NCBI GenBank assembly: GCA_965248835.1
Contig: CBDFLJ010000002.1
Span: 416,001-480,000, forward strand
Reading direction: 5' to 3'
Source of the DNA: Alphaproteobacteria bacterium
Lineage (GTDB): Bacteria > Pseudomonadota > Alphaproteobacteria > MPNO01
Length of the DNA stretch: 64,000 bases
Numbering within the stretch: the first letter of the stretch is position 1; each line of letters opens with the position of its first letter. The notes below the pieces were generated by a model. The model did not search any database and was not told the DNA's origin. It was given only the letters and a program-made list of their open reading frames with translations. A program made the translations under genes and the position numbers. This document shows positions 19,628 through 28,280 of the stretch, one piece after another.

Positions 19628-20745
19628 GCGGCAAACTCCTTGCGAAGCGCGGCGGAATGCTGGCCGACCTCGGGCACCGGGCCGAGCGTGCGCGGCCTGC
19701 GCTCCACCCGTGCCGGCGGGGCGACGAGGTCTGCCTCGCCGCCGGGGATGGCGACCCTGGTGCGCCGCAGCGCCGGGTGGCGGGCGAGCCCGGCGACATC
19801 GTTGACCTCGCCGAAAGCGATCTGCGCCCGCCGGAGCCGTTCGATCAGCGCCGCCCGGTCGATCGCGCAGAACACCTCCGACAGGATTGCATCGAAAGGC
19901 GCGCGGTTGTCGAGCCGGGCGAGGTTGCTCTCGAACCGCGGGTCCAGCGGCAGGTCCGGTCGTTCCAGCACCTCGGCGCACAGCCTGACGAATTCGCGCT
20001 CGTTCTGGACGGCGATCAGGATCGGCGCGCCATCCTTGGTCGGATAGGCGCCGTAGGGATGGATCGAGGGATGGTTCATGCCGATCCTCGGCGGGCCCTT
20101 GCCGTCGGCTTCCCAATGGAACAGCGGGACGGTCATCCAGTCGGCCATGCCGGCGAACAGAGAGGTGTCGATTCCGCACCCCTTGCCGGAGATGCCGCGC
20201 GCGATCAGCGCCTCGAGGACGGCCATGTAGCCGTACATGCCGCAGCCGATGTCGCAGACCGACACGCCCACGCGCCCCGGCGCCGCGGCCGCGCCGGTGA
20301 CCGAGCACAGCCCGCTCTCCGCCTGGACCAGCAGGTCGTAGGCTTTCATGTCGGCGTAATCGCCGTCCTCGCCATAGCCGCTGATGTCGAGCGTGATCAG
20401 ACGGGTGTTGCGCCGCCGCAGTTCGGCCGAGCCGAAGCCCGCGCGCGCGGCCGCGCCCGGTGCGAGGTTCTGGATGAACACGTCCGCGCGGTCGATCATC
20501 CGGTGCAGCAGCGCCTGGTCGCCGGCGTCCTTGATGTCTGCTGTCAGCGACTCCTTACCCCGGTTGAGCCATACGAAATAGGCGCTCTGCCCGCCCACGA
20601 ACCGGTCGTAGTGGCGGGCGAAGTCGCCGCCCTCGCGCTCGATTTTGATCACCCGCGCCCCGGCATCGGCCAGACGCGAGGAGCAATAGGGTGCGGCAAC
20701 CGCCTGCTCCATCGTCACGACCAGGAGCCCGTCCAGCGGCGCCAT
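19624..20745 (-). CDS. CaiB/BaiF CoA transferase (itaconate CoA-transferase-like subgroup)
   Basis: EQAVAAPYCS, FVWLNRGKES, KAYDLLVQAE. Confidence 0.9.
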   Translation of the reverse strand: MAPLDGLLVVTMEQAVAAPYCSSRLADAGARVIKIEREGGDFARHYDRFVGGQSAYFVWLNRGKESLTADIKDAGDQALLHRMIDRADVFIQNLAPGAAARAGFGSAELRRRNTRLITLDISGYGEDGDYADMKAYDLLVQAESGLCSVTGAAAAPGRVGVSVCDIGCGMYGYMAVLEALIARGISGKGCGIDTSLFAGMADWMTVPLFHWEADGKGPPRIGMNHPSIHPYGAYPTKDGAPILIAVQNEREFVRLCAEVLERPDLPLDPRFESNLARLDNRAPFDAILSEVFCAIDRAALIERLRRAQIAFGEVNDVAGLARHPALRRTRVAIPGGEADLVAPPARVERRPRTLGPVPEVGQHSAALRKEFAA

Positions 20746-20759
20746 CGCCGGCACGGTGG

Positions 20760-21911
20760 TCAATACGACCTCGGCAGGCCGAGGACGTGCTCGGCGAGGA
20801 AGCTGAGGACAAAGTTGTTGGAGATCGGCGCGATCCGGTAGAGCCGAGTCTCGCGGAACTTGCGCTCGACATCGTATTCCTCGGCGAAGGCATAGCCGCC
20901 GTGGGTCTGCATGCACATGTCGGCCGCCTTCCACGACGCCTCCGACGCCAGGTACTTGGCCAGGTTGGCCTGCTCGCCGCAGGGCTCGCCGGCCTCGAAC
21001 AGCGCGGCCGCCTTCTTGACCATCAGGTCCGCCGCCTCGGTGGCGGCATAGGCCTCGGCGATGGGAAACTGGACGCCCTGGTTCTGGCCGATCTGGCGGC
21101 CGAAGACCTGGCGCTCCCGGGCGTAATCGGCGGCCTTCCGGATGAACCAGCGGGCATCGCCCACGCATTCGGCGGCGATCAGGATGCGCTCGGCGTTCAT
21201 GCCGTCGAGAATGTAGCGGAAGCCCTTGCCCTCCTCGCCGACCAGGCTGTCGGCCGGGATGCGCAGGTTGTCGAAAAAGATCTCGGTGGTCGCATGGTTG
21301 ATCATTGTGCGGATCGGCCGGATCTCCAGCCCATTGCCCAGTGCCGCGCGCATGTCCAGGATGAAGACCGAAAGCCCTTCGGTGCGTTTCTCGATCTGTT
21401 CGCGGGGGGTCGTGCGGGCGAGCAGCAGCATCAGGTCGGAATGCTCGGCGCGCGAGGTCCAGACCTTCTGGCCGTTGACGACATAGCCTGCATTGCCGTC
21501 GCGCACCGCAGTGGTCCTGAGGCTCAGCGTATCCGTCCCGCTGCTCGGCTCGGTCACTGCGAAGGCCTGCAAGCGCAGCTCGCCGGCCGCGATCCCGGGC
21601 AGATAGCGCTTCTTCTGGTCCTCGGTGCCGTGCCGCAGCACCGTGCCCATGGTATACATCTGGGCATGGCAGGGTCCGCCGTTGCCGCCGGACTTCTGAA
21701 CCTCCTCCAGGATCGCCGCGGCCGCGGAGATGCCGAGCCCGCTGCCGCCGAATTCCTCTGGAATCAGCACCGACAGGTAGCCGCCATCGGTCAGCTCCTT
21801 GACGAATTCCGTCGGGTAGGCGCGCTCCCGGTCGAGCGCGCGCCAATATTCTCCCGGGTATTTGGCGCACAGTTTCGCGACTGCCTCGCGGATGTCCTGA
21901 AACTCTTCCAT
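20760..21911 (-). CDS. Acyl-CoA dehydrogenase
   Basis: VTEPSSGTD, NGQKVWTS, GMNAER, QTHGGY, RIAPIS. Confidence 0.95.
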   Translation of the reverse strand: MEEFQDIREAVAKLCAKYPGEYWRALDRERAYPTEFVKELTDGGYLSVLIPEEFGGSGLGISAAAAILEEVQKSGGNGGPCHAQMYTMGTVLRHGTEDQKKRYLPGIAAGELRLQAFAVTEPSSGTDTLSLRTTAVRDGNAGYVVNGQKVWTSRAEHSDLMLLLARTTPREQIEKRTEGLSVFILDMRAALGNGLEIRPIRTMINHATTEIFFDNLRIPADSLVGEEGKGFRYILDGMNAERILIAAECVGDARWFIRKAADYARERQVFGRQIGQNQGVQFPIAEAYAATEAADLMVKKAAALFEAGEPCGEQANLAKYLASEASWKAADMCMQTHGGYAFAEEYDVERKFRETRLYRIAPISNNFVLSFLAEHVLGLPRSY

Positions 21912-22150
21912 CACTCGATCTGTAGATTGCGGCAACGGGTCCGTTTTTACGCGCTCAGCCCGGCGTTGCAAAGGAACCGGCCGCTTGACCTGGCGGATGT
22001 TCGCCGCCCGCGCGGCCGTATTTCTTGTACAAGCCGGCTCCAGCCGACCAATTCCATTAGACATCTACGCATTTTAACGGGGATAATTCGCCGGTCCGGC
22101 GAAATGGACCGCCCGATCGGGAACCATGGCCCATCGGCAGGGAGAGCAAT

Positions 22151-22936
22151 GTGTCCGACAGCTTCAACGCAGCAACCCACCTCAGCGTCAAGGACCGGGT
22201 GATCATCGTCACCGGCGGCGGCAAGGGGATCGGCGGCGTCTATTGCCGGCGTCTGGCCGAGGCCGGCGCGAAGGTCGTCGTCGCCGATATCGACGGCGAG
22301 GCCAACGACGACACCGTCGCCGCCATCCGGGCCGATGGCGGGGAGGCAGTGGCGGCGAACACCGACGTCAGCGACGCCGACGCGGCCGCCAGGATGGCCG
22401 CGGTCGCGGTCGAGACCTTCGGCCGAATCGACGGTCTGGTCAACAACGCCTCGCTGATGAGCGTGCTGCCGCGCGGGAGCTGGCTCGACATCGATGTCGA
22501 ACGCTGGGACCGGGTGATGGAGGTCAATTTGCGCGGCATCTTCGTGTGCTGCAAGGCGGTCTTCCCGCAGATGCAGGGCCAGGGCGGCGGCAAGATCGTC
22601 AACATCGCCTCCGGCCGGTTCTGGATGGGCGGGCCCAACCGGCTCGACTATTCGACCTCGAAGGCCGGCGTCATCGGGCTCACGCGCTCGCTGGCATCCG
22701 AGGTCGGCCAGCACAATATCTGTGTCAACGCCATCACCCCGGGCTTCACGCTGAGCGACACGCAAGTGGCGTCCTCGGGCAACTACGCCCAGACCAACGA
22801 GCCGCCCAAGCGTCTGATTGCGCGCCACCAGTACCCCGACGATCTGGTCGGTGCGGTGATGTTCCTGCTGTCCGACGGCAGCAACTTCATCACCGGTCAG
22901 ACGCTCAACGTCGATGGCGGGCAGGCCTTCCACTAG
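22151..22936 (+). CDS. Short-chain dehydrogenase/reductase
   Basis: TGGGKGIG, NNA, YSTSK, TGQTLNVDGG. Confidence 0.95.
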   Translation: MSDSFNAATHLSVKDRVIIVTGGGKGIGGVYCRRLAEAGAKVVVADIDGEANDDTVAAIRADGGEAVAANTDVSDADAAARMAAVAVETFGRIDGLVNNASLMSVLPRGSWLDIDVERWDRVMEVNLRGIFVCCKAVFPQMQGQGGGKIVNIASGRFWMGGPNRLDYSTSKAGVIGLTRSLASEVGQHNICVNAITPGFTLSDTQVASSGNYAQTNEPPKRLIARHQYPDDLVGAVMFLLSDGSNFITGQTLNVDGGQAFH

Positions 22937-22937
22937 G

Positions 22938-24161
22938 ATGGACATTTCCTCTGGAGGCGACCGTCCGGCGCTGACCGCGCAGACATTCGAGACCGGGCAT
23001 CATCTGGCGAATGCCCGCCGCCAGGCCGAGGCGGCCGGTCTCGACGACGTGCTGGTGATCGATGCCGATGCCCATATCTACGAGAAGGAATCGATCACCG
23101 AGATCATCGCGCTGATCGAGGACCCGATCATCCGCCAGCTCGCCAGGAGCGCCCAGGGCGCGGCACGCCAGGCTGCCCGCTTCCCGCTCGACCGCGTCGC
23201 CTATCACGAGGCCGGCGGACGGATCACCCGCGACCTGCTGCGTTCATTGGAGGCAACGCCGGCGGACGGCGTCCACCGCGCGGCTCATCTGGCGTTGCGC
23301 GCGATGGATGCGATGGGCATCGACATCGCTGCGCTGTCGCCATTCGGCCTTCAGGTCATGGGCCTGCACCCGCAGCCCGAGGTCGAGGCCGCGGTGCTCG
23401 GCGCCTATGACCGCTGGCTGACCGAGGAGGTGCTGCCGTGCTCGCCGAGACTGCTGGGATGGATCGTCCTGCCGTTCAACGCTCCGGAAGCGGCGTTGCG
23501 GCTGGTCGAGACCTATGCCGACAGACCGGGAGTCGCCGGCTTCCAGGTGACATCCCTGCGCCAAAGCTCGGTCCATGCCAATGCCTTCATGCCGGTCTAC
23601 GCCGCCATCGAGCAATCGGGGCTGCCTCTGGCCTTCCACGGCGGGATCGATTGGGAAGACCCGATGTTCCTGACCTTCAACAAGTTCATCGCGGTCCGCG
23701 CGCTGTCACCCCAATGGTACAACGTCGTTCATTGCACCAACTGGCTGGTAAACGGCATGCCCGAGCGGTTCCCCGAGATGCCGGTAATCTGGATGGATTC
23801 GGGCATTTCCTGGGTGCCGTGGCTGATGATGCGCATCGACAACGAATACCGCATGCGCAGCTCGGAATGTCCTGCGCTGAAGCGGCTGCCGAGCGCGTAT
23901 ATGCGAAAGATGTACTACACCTCCAACCCGGTCGAGGTGCCCGACCGCGCTGACCTGCTGGCCGCCGCCTACCGCGCGATCGATGCGCCCAACAGCCTGA
24001 TCTATGCGTCCAACTACCCGGCGGCGGACATGGATCTGCCGGGTGCGATCGAAGGCCTGGATTTCCTCGAGCCGGCGGCGCGGCGAAAGATCCTGGGCGG
24101 GACTGCGCGTGGGCTCTTCCGGCTGCCCGAGGCGGTAGCCGCACGCGCGGCCGCGCCATAA
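22938..24161 (+). CDS. Amidohydrolase_2 family protein (atypical active site)
   Basis: IDADAH, AFHGG, ERFPE, C-terminal YASNYP, ILGGTA. Confidence 0.85.
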   Translation: MDISSGGDRPALTAQTFETGHHLANARRQAEAAGLDDVLVIDADAHIYEKESITEIIALIEDPIIRQLARSAQGAARQAARFPLDRVAYHEAGGRITRDLLRSLEATPADGVHRAAHLALRAMDAMGIDIAALSPFGLQVMGLHPQPEVEAAVLGAYDRWLTEEVLPCSPRLLGWIVLPFNAPEAALRLVETYADRPGVAGFQVTSLRQSSVHANAFMPVYAAIEQSGLPLAFHGGIDWEDPMFLTFNKFIAVRALSPQWYNVVHCTNWLVNGMPERFPEMPVIWMDSGISWVPWLMMRIDNEYRMRSSECPALKRLPSAYMRKMYYTSNPVEVPDRADLLAAAYRAIDAPNSLIYASNYPAADMDLPGAIEGLDFLEPAARRKILGGTARGLFRLPEAVAARAAAP

Positions 24162-24261
24162 CCAGGGTTTATGACGGCCGGGAAAACCAAATCTTTGTGT
24201 TCCGGTTCGGCCGGCCCTATAACGCCCGCCGAACGACGGTCCTCGAAAGGAGCTGACGGCG

Positions 24262-25728
24262 ATGGCGGCGGATGGCGGCGGATACGGCGAGTTCACGGCA
24301 CCCCACGGCGATCTGCGCGAGTGGATCGACCGCGTCGAGGGGATCGGCGAGCTGATGCGCATCGACGGGGTCGACTGGAACCTCGAGATGGGTTCGGTCG
24401 CCGAGATGATCTATCACGCCAAGCCCGACAATCCGCCGGCGATCCTGTTCGAAAACATCCCGGGCTATCCGGCCGACATGAAGGTGCTGTCCGGAGCGAC
24501 CAACTCGCCCCAGCGTCTGGCGCTGACGCTCGGCCTGCCCAAGCCGCAGCACCCGCTGGACGTGGTGAAGTCTTACCGCAAGCGGCTGGAAACTTTCGAA
24601 TACATCCCGCCGCGCAACGTCAACGCAGGACCGATCCTGGAAAATGTCGACCGTGACGGCGAGGTCGACCTGTTCAAGTTCCCGGTGCCGTTCCTGCACG
24701 AACAGGACGGCGGCCGCTATTTCGGCACCGGCGATCTGGTGATCATGCGCGATCCGGAGACCGACTGGGTCAATCTCGGCACCTACCGGGTCATGGTGCA
24801 CGACAAGAACACCGTCGGGCTGTGGATCTCCCCCGGCAAGCACGGCCGCGCGATCCGTGAGAAGTACTTCAAGGACGGCAAGCCTTGCCCGGTCGCGATC
24901 AGCGTCGGGCACGACCCGATCCTGTTCCTGTCCTCCGGCAACGAGGTCGATTACGGCAAGTCGGAATACGCCCATGCCGGCGGACACCGCGGCGCGCCGA
25001 TCGACGTGACGGCCTCCGAGCTGCACGGCCTGCCGATCCCGGCCAGTGCCGAGATCGTCCTGGAAGGCGAGATCCTGCCCGACGAGAAGCGGGCGGAGGG
25101 GCCGTTCGGCGAATGGACCGGCTATTACGCCTCCAAGGTGCGCCAGGACTATGTGGTCCGGGTCAAGCGGGTCTATCACCGCGACGCGGCGATCCACACG
25201 ATGGCGCGGCCGGGCCGTCCGCCGTCGGACTACTCGCTGTCCAAATGCGTGGTCAAGGCGGCGCTGATCTGGGAGGACATCGAGCGCGCGGGACTGCGCG
25301 GGGTCCAGGGGGTGTGGTGCATGGAGCCCGGCGGCGGGCGGATGTTCAACGTCGTCTCGATCAAGCAGGAATTCGCCGGCCACGCCAAGCAGGCGCTGCT
25401 GCTCACCGCCGGCGCGCATGCGGCGAACTATCTCGGCCGGTTCGTGGTCGTGGTCGATGAGGATATCGACCCCTCCAATATCCACGACGTGACTTGGGCA
25501 ATGGCTTCGCGGTGCGATCCCGACCAGGACATCGACATCATTCGCAACGCCTGGTCCGGGCCGCTCGACCCGCGCAAGAAGGTCGGCGACAACTTCAACT
25601 CGCGCGCCCTGGTCGATGCCTGCAGACCCTATGACTGGATCGAGGAGTTCCCGCCGGTGGCCGAGGCGAGCCCGGAGGAGCGGGCGCGCACGCGCAAGAA
25701 GTTCGGGCACCTGCTCGAGCAGCTGTAG
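24262..25728 (+). CDS. UbiD family prFMN-dependent (de)carboxylase
   Basis: DLREWI, DGGRY, NLGTYR, EGPFGEWTGYY, VVVDEDID, WAMASR. Confidence 0.95.
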   Translation: MAADGGGYGEFTAPHGDLREWIDRVEGIGELMRIDGVDWNLEMGSVAEMIYHAKPDNPPAILFENIPGYPADMKVLSGATNSPQRLALTLGLPKPQHPLDVVKSYRKRLETFEYIPPRNVNAGPILENVDRDGEVDLFKFPVPFLHEQDGGRYFGTGDLVIMRDPETDWVNLGTYRVMVHDKNTVGLWISPGKHGRAIREKYFKDGKPCPVAISVGHDPILFLSSGNEVDYGKSEYAHAGGHRGAPIDVTASELHGLPIPASAEIVLEGEILPDEKRAEGPFGEWTGYYASKVRQDYVVRVKRVYHRDAAIHTMARPGRPPSDYSLSKCVVKAALIWEDIERAGLRGVQGVWCMEPGGGRMFNVVSIKQEFAGHAKQALLLTAGAHAANYLGRFVVVVDEDIDPSNIHDVTWAMASRCDPDQDIDIIRNAWSGPLDPRKKVGDNFNSRALVDACRPYDWIEEFPPVAEASPEERARTRKKFGHLLEQL

Positions 25729-25757
25729 CGTGTAATCCGTCCAGGAGGAAGAACGGC

Positions 25758-26588
25758 ATGACCGGGACTGCGATCGAGCATGTGGGGGTCATCGGCCTCG
25801 GCAAGATGGGCGGCGCGTTGGCCCGCCACCTCGCGGCCGCGGGGTTCGCGGCGCACGGCTATGACGTCCGCATCGAGGCGATCGAGGCCGCGCGGGAGCA
25901 CGGCGTGGCCGCAGCGGAGTCACCGGCGGCGCTGGCCGAGGCCTGCGATCTGGTGATTGTCGCCGTCGGCTTCGATTCCGAGCTCGATACGGCACTGTTC
26001 GGCGACCGCGGCGTAATGTCCGCCCCGAAACCCGGCTTGGTGATCGCGGTCGCATCGACGGTTGCGCCGGCCAGCATGCTCAAGATCGCGACCCGCATCG
26101 CGGGCTCGGGCGTCGGCGTGCTCGATATCCCGATGGCGCGCGGCGAACAGGCCGCGGTCGACGGCAACCTCCTGATCTTCGGCGGCGGCGATCGGGAGAC
26201 CTTCGATGCCTGCCTGCCGGCGTTTTCGACCTTCTCCGATGCGATCCACTATCTGGGTCCGGTTGGCGCCGGCCAGGTCGGCAAGCTGGTCAACAACCTG
26301 GTGCTCTGGGCGTGCATTTCGGCCAACCACGAAGGCTTCAAGCTCGCAGAGGCCCTGGGCGTCGCGCCCGGCCCGCTGCGCGCGGCGCTGCTTCAATCCA
26401 GCGCGCAGAACTGGGCGCTCGAGACCGATGCCGTCAACCGCCCGATGCCGTGGGCTGAAAAGGACATGACCATCGTCCTGAAAGAAGCCGACATCGCCCG
26501 CCTCGCGCTGCCGCTCTGCGGTACCGTCAAAGAGGTCGTCAAAGGCGTCAAGATCGCGCACGGCCAAGCGATGCCCGAGGAGCGTTGA
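25758..26588 (+). CDS. NAD(P)-dependent beta-hydroxyacid dehydrogenase
   Basis: GLGKMG, STV, GQVGKLVNN with the catalytic Lys. Confidence 0.9.
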   Translation: MTGTAIEHVGVIGLGKMGGALARHLAAAGFAAHGYDVRIEAIEAAREHGVAAAESPAALAEACDLVIVAVGFDSELDTALFGDRGVMSAPKPGLVIAVASTVAPASMLKIATRIAGSGVGVLDIPMARGEQAAVDGNLLIFGGGDRETFDACLPAFSTFSDAIHYLGPVGAGQVGKLVNNLVLWACISANHEGFKLAEALGVAPGPLRAALLQSSAQNWALETDAVNRPMPWAEKDMTIVLKEADIARLALPLCGTVKEVVKGVKIAHGQAMPEER

Positions 26589-26702
26589 GTCTCTGGTTCG
26601 AAAAGAGTTGAGTGGCTTCTCGGCCGCCTGTCGTGCACGGAAGCCGAAAATCTCTACGGACTCCGAGCGTGTTTGTGCGTTTGTCGGCGGTGGCGCGGGG
26701 TC

Positions 26703-28280
26703 TTACTCGGCCGCGGCCGCCGTTCCGGCGGCCGCCGGCTGGCGGGCGGCGGCAAGGGCAACATCGAGCGCCTCGCCCTCCGGGTCGGTGAGGGCGGCCG
26801 TGCGTGCGGCGTTGAGCGCGGCGACCGCGGGGGCCGCATCGCCGTTTGCCTCGGCCGCCGGCAGGGCAAGCTCCGAAAACACCTTGCGGTAGTTGGCGAT
26901 GCCGCGCCGGTGGGTGTCGGAATAGCCCTTGCGCAGGTTGGGCAGCTCGGCGATCTCGAGCGCGAGGTCGTAGCTACGCCCCGCCGCGCCCTCGAGCGCG
27001 TCGATCCAGGTGGCGATCTCGGCCCACTCCTGGGCGTAGCGGTAAGTGCGCGGGCGCCAGAAACGCATTTTCGCCAACGCCCGAAGCCGCGCGTAGCCGA
27101 AGACCGTGTTGGTCTTGACCCGCATCGCGACGTGGAACTTCCGCCGCGACGGCTTGGCATCGGCGAAGCGGGTCAGCGCCCGACCAAGGGAGGGCGGCAG
27201 GACCGAGGCGATCTCCTCGAAGCCGGGTTTGAGGAACTCGGTGACCACCAGCGGCTCGTCGGCCTTGGCGCCGACCTCGCGGCGCACCCGCGCCATCCGT
27301 TCGGGCCGGCTCTTGAGGTCGGCGACCCGGATGATGTCCTCATAGGTCATCCACAGCGCCAGATAACGGCCGCCTTCGACGGTGAGCGCGAAACCCCGGT
27401 CAGCGCCGCCATTGGCCTTGTCGGCCGCGAGGATCCGGGCGGCGTTGTCGAGATAGCGCCTTGCGTAGGCGAGGCTCTGGAAATCGACCGCCCGGCGCAC
27501 GCCGTCCTGCAGCACCTGGTGGGTGTCGGCGGGAAAGCTGCCGGCCACCTCGGCCAGCAGCGACTCCAGGTCGGCTGCCGGACCGCCGCTTGCGGCGGCC
27601 TCCGTCTGGTCCGCCATGGTGATGTCGCCGCGGATGAACCCGAGCCCGGCCTTGAAGCCGCGCAGGTTGCTCGCCACCGCGACCCCCGAAATCTCGATCG
27701 CTTTCTCGTAGGCCTCGACCGGGATCGGCGCCGCGCCCGAACCCGCGATCACCCCGAGCATGACCGCGTTGATCACCGAGCCGTGCGCCTGGGCAAGCCG
27801 CTCCATGTCGAACAGGATCGCGCGCTTGGCGAGGCTGTCGACCGCCTTGAGCAGGTCGGCGGCCTCGAAGCGGCCATCGCTCATGGCGGACTTCTCGAGG
27901 ATCGAATAGACCCGGTGGGCCGAGGTGACCAGGGTCGTGCGGCCGGGCGTCACCCAGCCGAGCTCGAGCGCCCGGCCGGCCTCCATCAACTCGGAGGTGA
28001 CCACGACATCCATGTTGCCGGGCGTGGCGTAAAGCGCCATCACCGGCGAGCGGCCGCCGAGCGTGTCGTGATGGACCGGATAGATCTCGATGTAATAGGT
28101 CGTCGCGCCGGTGCGCTGGGCAACGCCCGGGATCGAGGTGGACTGCACCGGGAAGCCCAGCGATTCTGCCGCGGCCACGATCCAGCCCGAGAGCACTCCG
28201 CCGCCCTCGCCGCCGAGCGCACCGATGACCATGGTGAAGGTGCGCTCGGGCAGTCCTCCGGCCCCGTTGTCCGTGCTCAT
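26703..28280 (-). CDS. iorB: Indolepyruvate:ferredoxin oxidoreductase beta-family subunit, long form
   Basis: ALGGEGGGVL, PGVAQRTGATTYY, MTYED, KGYSDT. Confidence 0.88.
   Translation of the reverse strand: MSTDNGAGGLPERTFTMVIGALGGEGGGVLSGWIVAAAESLGFPVQSTSIPGVAQRTGATTYYIEIYPVHHDTLGGRSPVMALYATPGNMDVVVTSELMEAGRALELGWVTPGRTTLVTSAHRVYSILEKSAMSDGRFEAADLLKAVDSLAKRAILFDMERLAQAHGSVINAVMLGVIAGSGAAPIPVEAYEKAIEISGVAVASNLRGFKAGLGFIRGDITMADQTEAAASGGPAADLESLLAEVAGSFPADTHQVLQDGVRRAVDFQSLAYARRYLDNAARILAADKANGGADRGFALTVEGGRYLALWMTYEDIIRVADLKSRPERMARVRREVGAKADEPLVVTEFLKPGFEEIASVLPPSLGRALTRFADAKPSRRKFHVAMRVKTNTVFGYARLRALAKMRFWRPRTYRYAQEWAEIATWIDALEGAAGRSYDLALEIAELPNLRKGYSDTHRRGIANYRKVFSELALPAAEANGDAAPAVAALNAARTAALTDPEGEALDVALAAARQPAAAGTAAAAE

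Noticed and set aside
24262-25728. Naming the UbiD as hmfF
   Set aside because: Not adjacent to the hmf genes, no hmfG/ubiX, and no clade-specific evidence
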